Of a DNA stretch of 64,000 nucleotides, positions 7,339 through 18,144 are shown one piece after another. Under the pieces are notes generated by a model, which worked only from the letters and a program-made list of their open reading frames with translations, was not told the origin of the DNA and ran no database searches. Both the position numbers and the translations under genes were made by a program. The stretch comes from a bacterium (GTDB lineage: Bacteria; Patescibacteriota; Minisyncoccia; Moranbacterales; GWC2-37-73). The DNA lies in contig JBAXDL010000001.1 in NCBI GenBank assembly GCA_037140955.1, positions 15,129 through 79,128 on the forward strand, written 5' to 3'. Position 1 is the first letter of the stretch. The number at the start of each line of letters is the position of its first letter.

Positions 7339-8721
7339 ATGAATTCAGAAATTTTCAAAGCCTATGATATTCGCGGAGTTTATCCGACAGAAATAAATGA
7401 ACTAGATGTATACAAAACAGCTGTTGCTATTTGTCAATTCCTGGAACCAACAGAATTGGTCGTTGGCTCTGACGTGCGACTTTCCTCACCTGCTCTGAAA
7501 AGAGCAGCCATCAAAGCCATCACTGATCAGGGAATCAGAGTCATCGATGTCGGAGAAATTTCAACAGACATGCTCTACTACGCCGTTGGTCACTATGGCT
7601 ATGCTGGAGGATTGACCATCACAGCCTCACACAATCCAAAAGAATATAACGGCATGAAAATTGTGCGCGAAGAATCTCGTCCAATTTCTTCCGACTCAGG
7701 ACTTTTCATCATCAGAGACATAGCCTTTGGATTGGAAATTGACGAAACAGTATTAAAGGGAGATATTAACGAATCTTTAATTGAACACAAAGACATCATG
7801 GACAGCTATGCTCGAAAAGTTCGAACATTTGCAAATCTTGACCCAATCAAACCGTTCAAAATAATAGCCAATCCAAATTTTGGAGTTGGAGGAAGAGCGT
7901 TGGAAAAAATATTAGCAGGAACAAGCATAGAAATAATAAAACTAAACTATGAAAGTGATGGTAATTTTCCCAAAGGAAGACCGGATCCGCTTATTCCAGA
8001 AAACAGAGAAGAAATTTCGCGTCTGGTTGTTGAACATGGTGCTGATTTTGGAGTAGCTTGGGATGCTGATGCTGACAGATGTTTTTTCTTTACTGAAAAA
8101 GGAGAATTCATTGAAGGATATTTCATAACAGCGCTTCTTGCCAGGATCTTTTTAAAACGGAACAATGATCAAAAAATTGTACACGACACCAGACTAACTT
8201 GGGCCATTGAAGATATTGTTTCCACTCTTGGAGGAAAAAATGTCCCAACCAAAGCAGGACATTCTTTCATCAAGGAACGCATGCGCAAAGAAAATGCAGT
8301 CTTTGGAGGTGAGATGAGTGCCCACTACTATTTCCGTGATTATTATTTCTGTGACTGTGGTATGATTCCACTTGTCATGATGATTGAATATCTCTCAGGA
8401 CACAACAGGCCACTTTCCATGCTAATGCGAGATACTTTTTGGAAAAAATATTTTGTCAGTGGCGAAATAAACGTGCATGTCAGAGATGTTCTAACAGTCA
8501 TAGCAAACGCGCGCGCTAGATATGAAAAGCAAGCCACCTCATTTGATGAGCAAGATGGAATTTCACTAAACTTTGTTGACAAAGAAAACGAAAGCAAAAG
8601 CTGGCGCTTCAGTGTTCGTGGATCAAACACTGAGCCTCTTATTCGTCTTAATGTGGAAGCAAAATCCAAAGAATTAATGGAAGAAAAAAGAGACGAATTG
8701 CTAGCATTCATTAGTGCCTAA
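7339..8721 (+). CDS. manB: Phosphomannomutase/phosphoglucomutase
   Basis: FKAYDIRG, TASHNP phosphoserine loop, DADADR metal loop, GGEMSAHYYF, RGSNTEP. Confidence 0.93.
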   Translation: MNSEIFKAYDIRGVYPTEINELDVYKTAVAICQFLEPTELVVGSDVRLSSPALKRAAIKAITDQGIRVIDVGEISTDMLYYAVGHYGYAGGLTITASHNPKEYNGMKIVREESRPISSDSGLFIIRDIAFGLEIDETVLKGDINESLIEHKDIMDSYARKVRTFANLDPIKPFKIIANPNFGVGGRALEKILAGTSIEIIKLNYESDGNFPKGRPDPLIPENREEISRLVVEHGADFGVAWDADADRCFFFTEKGEFIEGYFITALLARIFLKRNNDQKIVHDTRLTWAIEDIVSTLGGKNVPTKAGHSFIKERMRKENAVFGGEMSAHYYFRDYYFCDCGMIPLVMMIEYLSGHNRPLSMLMRDTFWKKYFVSGEINVHVRDVLTVIANARARYEKQATSFDEQDGISLNFVDKENESKSWRFSVRGSNTEPLIRLNVEAKSKELMEEKRDELLAFISA

Positions 8722-8748
8722 TTTTTTGCACAAAAATACAAAGCAACA

Positions 8749-8785
8749 AAAAAATCACCATCATTCAATTGATTGGTGATTTTTT
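8749..8785. terminator. Bidirectional terminator between convergent manB and trpS
   Basis: AAAAAATCACCA...TGGTGATTTTTT. Confidence 0.75.
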
Positions 8786-8806
8786 GTTTTCATTGAAAAT
8801 AAAGTT

Positions 8807-9796
8807 CTAGAGCACAAATCCTATTTTATTTTTAACTTCTATTAGTTTTGCTTGCGCCAATGGCTTCACCTTATCCGCGCCAGCACGAAGAATTTCCAGC
8901 ACTTCATCATCAGAAATTGCATGAAACTTTTCCTGGAAAGGCTTCAAAAAACCAACCACAACATCAGCCAAATCAGATTTAAAATCTCCGTAGCCTTTGC
9001 CAACATACATTCTCTCAATTTCACTAGCAGCTTTTCCAGAGAAAGAAGCGTAGATATTAATAAGGTTTTTCAGTGCTGGTTTTTCATCGCTATACACAAT
9101 TTCACTGCCAGAATCAGTTACTGCTTTTTTTATTTTGCGCCTAATCACCTCTTCACTATCAAGCAAAGAAATATAATTATATTCGGAAGCAGCTGATTTG
9201 CTCATTTTTTTTGTTGCGTCATCAAGACCCATGACACGCATTCCTTCTTCTTTGATGAAAGACTTTGGAACAATAAAAGTTTCTCCAAATTTTTGATTAA
9301 ACCTTTTAGCCAAATCTCGAGCCAATTCCACATGCTGTTTTTGATCCTCACCAACTGGCACAACTTCCGTTCCATACAGCAAAATATCAGCAGCCATTAA
9401 AACTGGATAATCAAACAAGCCAACGCCAGCACCTTCCTTGCCCTCTTTTTGAGCCTTATCCTTAAACTGAGTCATCTTTTCCAATTCGGCAATTTTTGTT
9501 ATTGTGTTCAAAATCCACATAAGCTCAGCATGCGCGGACACTTGCGATTGCACAAAAATTGCAGATTTGGAAGGGTCTATGCCAGCCGCCAAATAAATCT
9601 TTGCAATTTCAATAGTTCTTTTTCTGAGCACCTCAGGATCCTGTTGAACTGTTATGGCATGCATATCCACCACGCAAAAAATACAATCAAACTCATCCTG
9701 CATCTTGACCCAATTAGCAATCGATCCCAAATAGTTTCCGATGTGCAAATTTCCGCTTGGCTGAATTCCTGAAAAAATTCTCTTTTTATTATCCAT
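8807..9796 (-). CDS. trpS: Tryptophan--tRNA ligase
   Basis: SGIQPSGNLHIGN, YPVLMAADIL, VPVGEDQKQH, KMSKS. Confidence 0.97.
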   Translation of the reverse strand: MDNKKRIFSGIQPSGNLHIGNYLGSIANWVKMQDEFDCIFCVVDMHAITVQQDPEVLRKRTIEIAKIYLAAGIDPSKSAIFVQSQVSAHAELMWILNTITKIAELEKMTQFKDKAQKEGKEGAGVGLFDYPVLMAADILLYGTEVVPVGEDQKQHVELARDLAKRFNQKFGETFIVPKSFIKEEGMRVMGLDDATKKMSKSAASEYNYISLLDSEEVIRRKIKKAVTDSGSEIVYSDEKPALKNLINIYASFSGKAASEIERMYVGKGYGDFKSDLADVVVGFLKPFQEKFHAISDDEVLEILRAGADKVKPLAQAKLIEVKNKIGFVL

Positions 9797-9862
9797 ATGA
9801 TTTAACGGTGAATATTATATTTATAAATCAATGATAACCAAAATACACTTATTTTGCAAACA

Positions 9863-9889
9863 AAAAACTCAGCCTATGGCTGAGTTTTT
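9863..9889 (-). terminator. Intrinsic terminator after rnj
   Basis: AAAAACTCAGCC-TAT-GGCTGAGTTTTT. Confidence 0.75.
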
Positions 9890-9916
9890 CAAAAATAAAC
9901 AAAACTATAATAGCTA

Positions 9917-11719
9917 CTATACTTCAATAACCACAGGAAGAACCATTGGTCTGCGTTCTGTTTTGGTGTACAAAAATGATCCCACAGCTTCACGAATATT
10001 ATTCTTAACGTAATCCCAGTTGACACTAACATCAGGAGAAGTTTTTTCCTTAACAACTTTTTCAACCACACGCTTGGTAGCATTTACCAAATCAAAATTT
10101 TCTTTCACGAAAATAAAGCCACGAGAAGTTATTTGCGGAGAGCCAATAATCTTTTTAGTTTTTGAATCAATGATAACCACAATCATAAACATTCCATCTT
10201 TGGCCAACAATTGTCTATCTCTAAGCACAATTTCTCCCACATCTCCCACACCAAGACCGTCTACCATGACATAGCTTGTATCAATTTTTTGAGCAAGCAG
10301 TTTTGCCTTTCCTTCATGGAATTCAAGTTGATTTCCATTATCAAGCACAAAAATATTGTCCTTTTTAATTCCAACTCGCTCTCCCAATTTGGCAGCCTCT
10401 TTCAAAAAGTAATGATTTGCATATACTGGCAAGAAATAGTCAGGATTAATCTGACGCAAAATATCACGGATATCAAAAGCATTGCTGTGACCACTAGTGT
10501 GCACATCCAAAATATCACTATGAATAACATTGTCGCACTTGCGATACAAATCATCTTTCAATCTTTGAATAGTTCTTTCATTACCAGGAATAACAGAAGA
10601 AGAAAAAATAATAGTGTCCTCTTTGAGAATATGAATAAAGCGATGTTCATCATTAACAATCCTTGAAAGCACAGCATTTCCTTCACCTTGCGCTCCTGTG
10701 CAGATAACCACTACTTTATTTCTTGGAAACTTGTGGATCTCATTAACTGAAATCAGAGTCTGCTTATGAGCTTTAATATATCCAAGTTCTTTAGCTATTT
10801 CAATATTCATTTTCATGCTATACCCATCCAAGGCAACTTTTTTTCCAATAGATTCAGCATATTCAATAATTTTTCCAATACGCTTAATCTGAGAAGAAAA
10901 TGTTCCAATAATAACAGTACCTTTGGCGTTAGCAACCAACTCATCCAAATTTTTGTACATTTCAACTTCTGATTTTTGCACTGGCCTGTTGTCAGTTGCT
11001 CCCAAACTTTCCAACATCAAAATTCTTGGCGAAGGCAATTTAGCAAGATGTTCATAGGTAACAACGCTGTGATCAGTTGGATTTTTGTCCATGGTCCAAT
11101 CTCCAGGATGAATAATGGTCCCATCTGGAGTTTTGATAATCACACCAACAGCATCCATCACGGAATGCTCAACATCAAAAAATTCTATTTCAAATTTACC
11201 AAGTCTAACCTTATCAGTAATCGCATTGATTCTGATTATTTTTAAGTTCTGAGCTGAATTGGTATCATAGTCCTCCATTTTCTTTTTAACTAGTGCTAGC
11301 GTCAAATCTCGCCCCACAATAGGAGGATATCCAAGCTCGCGTAGCAAAATAGGAGCTGCACCAATATGATCAAGATGGCCATGACTCAAAATAACACCAC
11401 GTACATTTTTTTCCTTACCCTTAAGGTAATTTATATTAGGAATAATATAATCAATTCCAGGCATGTCCTCTTCTGGAAATTGAATTCCCATATCCAAGAT
11501 AATAATGTCTCCATCATATTCAAACATGGTCATGTTGCGACCAACCTCTTCATTTCCTCCCATTGGAGTGATGCGCAAATTCTTACTTGGCGCATTGCCG
11601 ACAGCAATTTGAACCTTGCGAGAACCACTAAGTGGTCTTATTGATTTTTTATTGGTTTTTTTAGCATGCTCCAAATTTGCATGAGCAGGTTTACTGCCAT
11701 CTTGTTGTTTTTTAAACAT
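9917..11719 (-). CDS. rnj: Ribonuclease J
   Basis: GGNEEVGRNM, HGHLDHIG metallo-beta-lactamase motif, CTGAQGE, HTSGH, RRPMVLPVVIEV. Confidence 0.96.
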   Translation of the reverse strand: MFKKQQDGSKPAHANLEHAKKTNKKSIRPLSGSRKVQIAVGNAPSKNLRITPMGGNEEVGRNMTMFEYDGDIIILDMGIQFPEEDMPGIDYIIPNINYLKGKEKNVRGVILSHGHLDHIGAAPILLRELGYPPIVGRDLTLALVKKKMEDYDTNSAQNLKIIRINAITDKVRLGKFEIEFFDVEHSVMDAVGVIIKTPDGTIIHPGDWTMDKNPTDHSVVTYEHLAKLPSPRILMLESLGATDNRPVQKSEVEMYKNLDELVANAKGTVIIGTFSSQIKRIGKIIEYAESIGKKVALDGYSMKMNIEIAKELGYIKAHKQTLISVNEIHKFPRNKVVVICTGAQGEGNAVLSRIVNDEHRFIHILKEDTIIFSSSVIPGNERTIQRLKDDLYRKCDNVIHSDILDVHTSGHSNAFDIRDILRQINPDYFLPVYANHYFLKEAAKLGERVGIKKDNIFVLDNGNQLEFHEGKAKLLAQKIDTSYVMVDGLGVGDVGEIVLRDRQLLAKDGMFMIVVIIDSKTKKIIGSPQITSRGFIFVKENFDLVNATKRVVEKVVKEKTSPDVSVNWDYVKNNIREAVGSFLYTKTERRPMVLPVVIEV

Positions 11720-12031
11720 ATTTTTTTCATCAAAACAAGTAAGGTATTATCGATTTTTTGTTATTAAATTAAAAGTTGATAATGTTACTTAAATTAAAAG
11801 TATTAATTGGCAATAGTAAAAACCTCCTAAAAAGAGAATCTTTTTTTTATTTAAAAGCTTGTTTTTTAATTATTCTTCAAAATTTTAATTTTGCCAAAAC
11901 AATATATACCAAAAAGGTAAACTGTTTTGAAGAAAGAAGCTTTAAACAAGGTAAAATTCAAGAAGTATTACTTATTGAATCAATTGTACATGTATATAGG
12001 TATTTTGTCAATAGCAAAAACCAAAAGCCAT

Positions 12032-13408
12032 CTAGCGACCATATTCATCGTCATATCTAACAATATCATCCTCTTCCAAATAATCGCCAGTTTGAACTTC
12101 AATAATTTCCAAGTTTTTCTTGCCTGGATTTGAAAGTCTGTGCTTGGCCAAGGCTGGGATATAGGTGCTTTGATTTTCTGTCAGTGTTAATTCGCTTTGG
12201 CCATTAACAACACCAGCGGTGCCACACACCACAACCCAATGCTCACTCCTACGTTGATGTGACTGCAAACTCAATGTTGCTCCAGGATACACAGTAATCT
12301 TTTTTACCTTATGATTTGCTTCATTGATAAGCACTTCATATTTTCCCCAGGGACGATACCCAATCAAACTATGTTCAACTTCGGTATAATTATTTTCCCT
12401 CAAATATTCCACAACTTTTTTAATCTCACTACTTTTCCCTTTCTTTTGAACCAAAATAACATCATTATTTTCAACAATATTAACATCTTCCATGCCGACA
12501 GTTACAATCAATTTATTACTAATCGAATTGGTATAAATATTTTTTGAATCAAATCCCAAATGTTTTGGATCCTGTTTTTCATTTCTATTTGCAATTTCAG
12601 ACAAAATGTCAAATGATCCAATGTCGTTCCAATCAAAATCTCCTTCAAACATGATGACTTTTCTTGATCTCTCAGCAAGCACATAATCAATAGCGATTTT
12701 TGGCAAAGCTTGAAAATTTTCAACAAATTCAGCAAATGGTTTTGAAAATAACTCAAAAATATCCTTGTCGCAAATCTCCAATTCGTCTTGAAATGTTTTT
12801 GCGCAAAAAAGATACATGCCAGCATTCCAAACATATTTTTTTGTTTCCAAAAATTTCTTTGCCAATTCCAAATCAGGCTTTTCCTTGAAAGCTGAAACTC
12901 TATAATATCCATCGATTTTCTCACCTTTTTCAATATACCCCAATCCAGTATCAGCTTTGGTCGGAGTAATCCCAATAAGTCCGATATTATCATTCAAGCA
13001 AGCCAAAGCATTCTTCACCAAATCCAAATAAACATCTTTTTTTCCAATATAATGATCAGAATGAACTTCAATAATTGGAGCATTTTTATCAATTCCAATA
13101 ACATCACACAAATATTTTACCGCCAACATGATTGCGGGAGTGGTGTCTCTTGAACTCGGCTCAACAATAATTTGTTCTTTTTTAAAATCAGCATATACCT
13201 CACGTATCTGATTAAGCACATTAAAAAAATTATCCTTATCAGTAACAATGTAAATATTTTCTTTTGAAATTGCGCCAGCCATACGCTCAAAAGTTTCCTG
13301 AATCAAAGATTTGTCAGAATATAATTTCAAAAATGGTTTTGGAAAGTTTCGACGAGAAAGTGGCCAAAGCCTTGTTCCACTGCCACCACAAAGAATAATG
13401 CTATACAT
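12032..13408 (-). CDS. manC: Mannose-1-phosphate guanylyltransferase/mannose-6-phosphate isomerase
   Basis: ILCGGSGTRLWPLSR, FKEKP, WNAGM, RPWG plus C-terminal cupin. Confidence 0.94.
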   Translation of the reverse strand: MYSIILCGGSGTRLWPLSRRNFPKPFLKLYSDKSLIQETFERMAGAISKENIYIVTDKDNFFNVLNQIREVYADFKKEQIIVEPSSRDTTPAIMLAVKYLCDVIGIDKNAPIIEVHSDHYIGKKDVYLDLVKNALACLNDNIGLIGITPTKADTGLGYIEKGEKIDGYYRVSAFKEKPDLELAKKFLETKKYVWNAGMYLFCAKTFQDELEICDKDIFELFSKPFAEFVENFQALPKIAIDYVLAERSRKVIMFEGDFDWNDIGSFDILSEIANRNEKQDPKHLGFDSKNIYTNSISNKLIVTVGMEDVNIVENNDVILVQKKGKSSEIKKVVEYLRENNYTEVEHSLIGYRPWGKYEVLINEANHKVKKITVYPGATLSLQSHQRRSEHWVVVCGTAGVVNGQSELTLTENQSTYIPALAKHRLSNPGKKNLEIIEVQTGDYLEEDDIVRYDDEYGR

Positions 13409-13445
13409 ATAATACTTAAGTTAAAACTTATAAAAAAGAAAAAAA

Positions 13446-14054
13446 TTAATCCACAATCAAAAGACCTCCAAAGTCAGCACTTTCAACACTTTTATACAGT
13501 GGGTTTTTTCGAAGTGCTGGTTTTCCCTCATGTTCAACAACATAATATGCAAAGCCCTTCATTTTTTTTACCAACTCATAGTCAGCATGTCCAGGAAAAC
13601 TCGAAGGATCCCTGTCTTCAAAATCAACAGGACTATCATCAATAGTAACAAAATAAGTTTCTCCCACATTAGCCAAAAGATGTCCAAACTTAGAAGGCAT
13701 AAAAACCTTGTCTCCAGCGCCAACAACAACAGCCTTAAACTCAGCAACTTCACCTGCAATCATTTTTCCATTTTCATCTTCCGCCAATTTTTGTAGTAAG
13801 GCCACTCCATTTCCAAAAGCAATAGTATAATGCTCACTAAGCTCGCCCACATGATAATGACCATATGTCTTAATATATTCACCAGAAATTGTTCCTGGCT
13901 CCCAAACAGTGGTATTTTTCTGATCAACACCACCGCGGATCATGTAATAATGAATAGCAGGACCATCTCCATTTGGATCCATAAGCACATCTTGCATTTT
14001 TTCATGTGTTCTGGCAGCATAGTGCTTTGACACATTGGTAAAGTCAATATTCAT
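13446..14054 (-). CDS. Cupin-type (archaeal-type) glucose-6-phosphate isomerase family protein
   Basis: YYMIRG, PGTISGEYIKTYGHYH, E.Y, GH...N cupin metal ligands. Confidence 0.8.
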   Translation of the reverse strand: MNIDFTNVSKHYAARTHEKMQDVLMDPNGDGPAIHYYMIRGGVDQKNTTVWEPGTISGEYIKTYGHYHVGELSEHYTIAFGNGVALLQKLAEDENGKMIAGEVAEFKAVVVGAGDKVFMPSKFGHLLANVGETYFVTIDDSPVDFEDRDPSSFPGHADYELVKKMKGFAYYVVEHEGKPALRKNPLYKSVESADFGGLLIVD

Positions 14055-14093
14055 CTTTTTAAATAGTTTTAATATTTATATTTAACTTTTTAA

Positions 14094-15770
14094 TTATTTT
14101 GAAATACGTTTTGTTTTCACAAACCATTTGTTAATGTCCACAAATCTTTGTGCTGGATTATTTATATTAGCAACATCAACTCCTTTAACACTTGTATTGA
14201 TTGGATAAAGATAAAATCTGGAATACAAGAAAATTGCTGGATTTTCTTTTGTCAAAATATCCTGAAAATTCTGATAATCTTCTATGCGCTTTTGTTGATC
14301 TGTTTGCTGTCTCAAATCCTCCAACAATCCATCAACATCCTTGTTATCAAAAAGTGACAAGTTCAAGCCTGGATCGCGCTTTTGCGAAGAATGCCAAAAT
14401 GAATATAGATCTGGATTAAAATTCAATGCCTGTCCAAACAAAATACTATCATACTCACGCGTGCGAATATAATTTTGCTGCAAATCCGAAACACTTAAGC
14501 TTTTTAAATTCACCCTAACTCCTATTTTTAACCATTGCTGCTTCAGCAGTTCGGCAGTCTGATTTAGCTCTGGCCAATCAGCTGTTACCAATTCAAATTC
14601 CAGCAAATGCCCATCCTTTTTCCGAATATTTTCATTTTTGTCCATCGCCCAACCTGCTTCATCCAAAATTTTATTAGCACTTTCAATATCACCACCAGCT
14701 GCACCAATATTTTTATAACCTAACATTTGAGGAAAAAGTGGTGATGACAAGGCCATACCCTTGCCATAGAGTAATTTATCAATAATCTCTTGCTTATTAA
14801 CACTAACTGCCAATGCCATACGAACAGCATCATTTGCCAGTGCAAAACTCTTTGTTTGATTGAAAAACACTGAAAAATAACGAGGAATAACAAGTTCTTT
14901 AACATTAGTACTTTTTGAATTTTTAATATCCTTAATACTCTCTGGTGGAATACTGCCCATACCCATAATTTCTTTTTTATTATAAGCAGCAATCAATTGA
15001 TCATCATCAGGATAAAAATTAAAAGTAATTTTTGAAACATATGGAACACCATCATAGTAATTTTTATTAGCAGTCAGCTGCAGCGTCAAAATATTTCCAC
15101 CAGAATCTTTTTGAAAACTAGCAAAAGAATATGGACCACATCCGATTGGATGCAAGTTATTCTCAGCCAGGGCAAACTTTTCAGGTGCAATATTTTCCCA
15201 AGCATGCTTAGGCAAAAGCCCAATAGTCAAATTCTCCAAAAAGCCAACATACGGATTTTTCAAAGAAAACTTAACAGTATAATCATCAATCAAGCTAACT
15301 TCAACACCCTGTAGTCCTTGGCGAAGCGGGCTTTTATATGCCGGGTCTTGCAAAATGTTAAAAGTGAAAAACACATCACTAGCATTTAGAGATATTCCAT
15401 CATGCCAAAGAACGCCTTTTTTAATTGAAATTGTATACTCGCGCTGATCCTCTGAGATAGAATAATTTTCCGCCAAATCCTTAACAACTTTCCCGTCTTT
15501 ATCATATTTAAAAAGACCAGTAAAAATAAGCTGCGAAAGATCACTATCTGCCCCACTTGTCTGAGAAAGCAATGGATTAATATACAATGGTTGTCCCACT
15601 ATTCCTTCAATATATTCACCACCAATTTTAGGAACAGCCTTAGTCATGTTCAAATAAAAGGAATCAATCCAGACAAACAAAGAAACTGCAATAATCAAAA
15701 GCAGAACAGTTACAATAAATTTCTCTTTGAATGTAAGTATTTTGCCGATAGCTTTCCAGTTTTTTGGCAA
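14094..15770 (-). CDS. Membrane-anchored peptide ABC transporter substrate-binding protein (SBP_bac_5)
   Basis: N-terminal TM, GG.Y.EG.VG.P..INPL, WHDG, PIG.GPY; start uncertain. Confidence 0.88.
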   Translation of the reverse strand: MPKNWKAIGKILTFKEKFIVTVLLLIIAVSLFVWIDSFYLNMTKAVPKIGGEYIEGIVGQPLYINPLLSQTSGADSDLSQLIFTGLFKYDKDGKVVKDLAENYSISEDQREYTISIKKGVLWHDGISLNASDVFFTFNILQDPAYKSPLRQGLQGVEVSLIDDYTVKFSLKNPYVGFLENLTIGLLPKHAWENIAPEKFALAENNLHPIGCGPYSFASFQKDSGGNILTLQLTANKNYYDGVPYVSKITFNFYPDDDQLIAAYNKKEIMGMGSIPPESIKDIKNSKSTNVKELVIPRYFSVFFNQTKSFALANDAVRMALAVSVNKQEIIDKLLYGKGMALSSPLFPQMLGYKNIGAAGGDIESANKILDEAGWAMDKNENIRKKDGHLLEFELVTADWPELNQTAELLKQQWLKIGVRVNLKSLSVSDLQQNYIRTREYDSILFGQALNFNPDLYSFWHSSQKRDPGLNLSLFDNKDVDGLLEDLRQQTDQQKRIEDYQNFQDILTKENPAIFLYSRFYLYPINTSVKGVDVANINNPAQRFVDINKWFVKTKRISK

Positions 15771-15838
15771 AAGATATTTTATTTTATCATCTGAATAACT
15801 ACTAATAAGTTTGAATATAAAAAAATTATTCCAAAAAA

Positions 15839-16060
15839 CTAACGATTCGCGATTATCATTGTTGCAATGGCCAGCACAATAAAAACAAAACCAAGTGTTG
15901 CAGAAAAGTAAAAAAGAAATTTCTCCATGCCTCTTTTTGTGTAATAGCCACCAAAATCACCACCAAAAGCACTAGAAAGTCCACTTCCTCTATTTTGCAA
16001 AAGTATTGAAACAGTAAGCAAGATTGCAACGATCAACTGAACAATTGTAATTATTTTCAT
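15839..16060 (-). CDS. secG: Preprotein translocase subunit SecG
   Basis: ILLQNRGSGLSSAFGG...TKRGMEK between two TMs. Confidence 0.93.
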   Translation of the reverse strand: MKIITIVQLIVAILLTVSILLQNRGSGLSSAFGGDFGGYYTKRGMEKFLFYFSATLGFVFIVLAIATMIIANR

Positions 16061-16151
16061 CTATATTTTTTAAATATTTAAACAGTCATACTCAAATACA
16101 AATTTAGCAAAAATAGGCTTTAAAGTCAACCTTGTCTTGCTTTTCTTGGCT

Positions 16152-17090
16152 CTAATTGGCACTTAGCTGCTCTATTTTATCCTTAAATTTCTCAAAAATT
16201 GCTGGCCCATGCGGACTTGGTAAAAACATTAAGGCATCATCATTAGCATACACCAAGCTGCCTTCTTGATGAGTTTTGGGGTTTTGCATGATTTGTTTTT
16301 TTTCAATTGCCTTGAGGTTCTCTTCAATCCAACTTGAAGAAAAAATCAACTCGCCAAATTTCCTAATCCGCCTACTAGGAACGGTATCTTTAATAGTCCT
16401 AAGCGGAGCAAGCATTGATAAGTCATAATTAGGTTTCATGTTTTTGATCCACTGATTTTTCATTTGAAAACGATTAAACACTTCCCAACCAAATAGCGGA
16501 AACATAAACATATATTCATTAGCTGAAAACAAATCCTTAGTTATTATCTCCAAAGATTCTTCTGTTACAAAAAAGTTCAAACAAGCCCTGTCGGCAATAT
16601 TTTTTCCATGTCTTCTTTTTCCAACAAGATGCAAAAGCATAGTCACAAGTGTCCTACCAGTCCAGATCTTTCCAGCCTGTAGCACAATCAAAAGATCAAG
16701 ATCGCTTGATTTTTTAGCATTCTTCATAGCAAGCGCACCCGTAACACCAATCATTCGCACAAAGGGAACAAATCTAAGCAAATTTACAATCCTTTGCAAT
16801 TTTCTTATTTTTACTGTAGAAATTTTTCCAGCGACAATTCTTTTTTCCACCAAAAATCCCCTACCTTTCAGAAAATAAAAACCACTTGAGTGTTCAATGA
16901 ATTTGGCAAGATGCTTGTCATAAATATGCTTTATAACATCTAAGAGCGTGGGGGCAAAAACATCACCAACTTCTATCGAATAATCTGTCCTAATCAAATA
17001 TTTCCATATTTCAAAGACAGTCAATGGATAATCGAGAGCATCATAATAAATGATAGTTGCTAAGATATTTTTATTTAATTTATCAGACAT
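16152..17090 (-). CDS. Nucleotidyltransferase-fold protein of unknown function
   Basis: PFVRMIGVTGALAM.N....SDLDLLIV (G[SA]..DxD motif); N-terminal Y.D..DYPLT..EI. Confidence 0.7.
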   Translation of the reverse strand: MSDKLNKNILATIIYYDALDYPLTVFEIWKYLIRTDYSIEVGDVFAPTLLDVIKHIYDKHLAKFIEHSSGFYFLKGRGFLVEKRIVAGKISTVKIRKLQRIVNLLRFVPFVRMIGVTGALAMKNAKKSSDLDLLIVLQAGKIWTGRTLVTMLLHLVGKRRHGKNIADRACLNFFVTEESLEIITKDLFSANEYMFMFPLFGWEVFNRFQMKNQWIKNMKPNYDLSMLAPLRTIKDTVPSRRIRKFGELIFSSSWIEENLKAIEKKQIMQNPKTHQEGSLVYANDDALMFLPSPHGPAIFEKFKDKIEQLSAN

Positions 17091-17105
17091 ATTTCTTGGC
17101 TATTA

Positions 17106-18134
17106 TCAAGCGACATTTTCATTTTTATTAACAAAATCAACAACAAAAACGCTCAGTGATGTTGCAATAGGAACCGCCAAAATTGCACCCAAAACTCCAC
17201 CAAGCTTAGCACCAATAAGCAAAACCAAGATAACAACTACCGGATTCAAACCCACGGCTTTTTTCATAACCTGTGGCACAATGACATGACTCTCTAGCTG
17301 CTGAATAAGCGTCAACGAACCAAGCACAATCAAGCCAGTCATAGGAGAAATAAGAAAACCAACAAGTGAAGCTAGCGTTGCAGAAATAATCGGACCAAGA
17401 TACGGCACAATCTCCAAAATTCCAGCAAGCAGCGCCAAAATCAAAGCATATGGAACATGAAAAATAGACAATACCGTAAAATCAAGCACGAAAATAATAA
17501 GCATCAACACCATTTGTCCAAGCATCCATTTTCCAATTTTATTTTTAATTCTATCGGCAACAGAAACAACGTATTTCTGATGATCTTCGGGTGTAACTGA
17601 AATCAAAAATCTATTCATACCATCCTCTTTGACTGACATATAAAATGTCAAAGCAAGCACCACTAAGATAGAAATAAAAAAAGAAAAAACACTAACTGTT
17701 GTTGAAAATATCTGACCAGATGATTGTGAAAAATTTCCAGCAATATTGCGGAAAAATTCATGACTATTAAATGTTATACCATAAGAACTTGCATATTGTT
17801 CGATTCCGAAGAATGTTTGAGAAAAAGTTTCATTATAATTTGGAAGATTTTGAGAAAAACTTGCAAGCTGACTTACAAGTGGCGGAATAAGCAAGAAGAA
17901 AAGCATCCCAACAAAACTTAGCAGTGCAATATAAATCATAATCACACCAAGTGACCTATTGATCCTGCGTTTTGACAACCAATCGATCGCGGGATCAAGT
18001 GTGGCTGTCAAAATAACAGACAAAAAGAAAAGAGCCACAATATCGCGCACTAAATACAAAAAACATAATCCCAAAATTATTGCAATTGTCTTTACAACAA
18101 AACTAGTTGATATTTCAATTTTTGTATTATTCAT
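17106..18134 (-). CDS. AI-2E family transporter
   Basis: Multi-TM; EIVPYLGP, IQQLESHVIVPQVM...VGLNP, GAILAVP. Confidence 0.9.
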   Translation of the reverse strand: MNNTKIEISTSFVVKTIAIILGLCFLYLVRDIVALFFLSVILTATLDPAIDWLSKRRINRSLGVIMIYIALLSFVGMLFFLLIPPLVSQLASFSQNLPNYNETFSQTFFGIEQYASSYGITFNSHEFFRNIAGNFSQSSGQIFSTTVSVFSFFISILVVLALTFYMSVKEDGMNRFLISVTPEDHQKYVVSVADRIKNKIGKWMLGQMVLMLIIFVLDFTVLSIFHVPYALILALLAGILEIVPYLGPIISATLASLVGFLISPMTGLIVLGSLTLIQQLESHVIVPQVMKKAVGLNPVVVILVLLIGAKLGGVLGAILAVPIATSLSVFVVDFVNKNENVA

Positions 18135-18144
18135 AATCTTAGAC

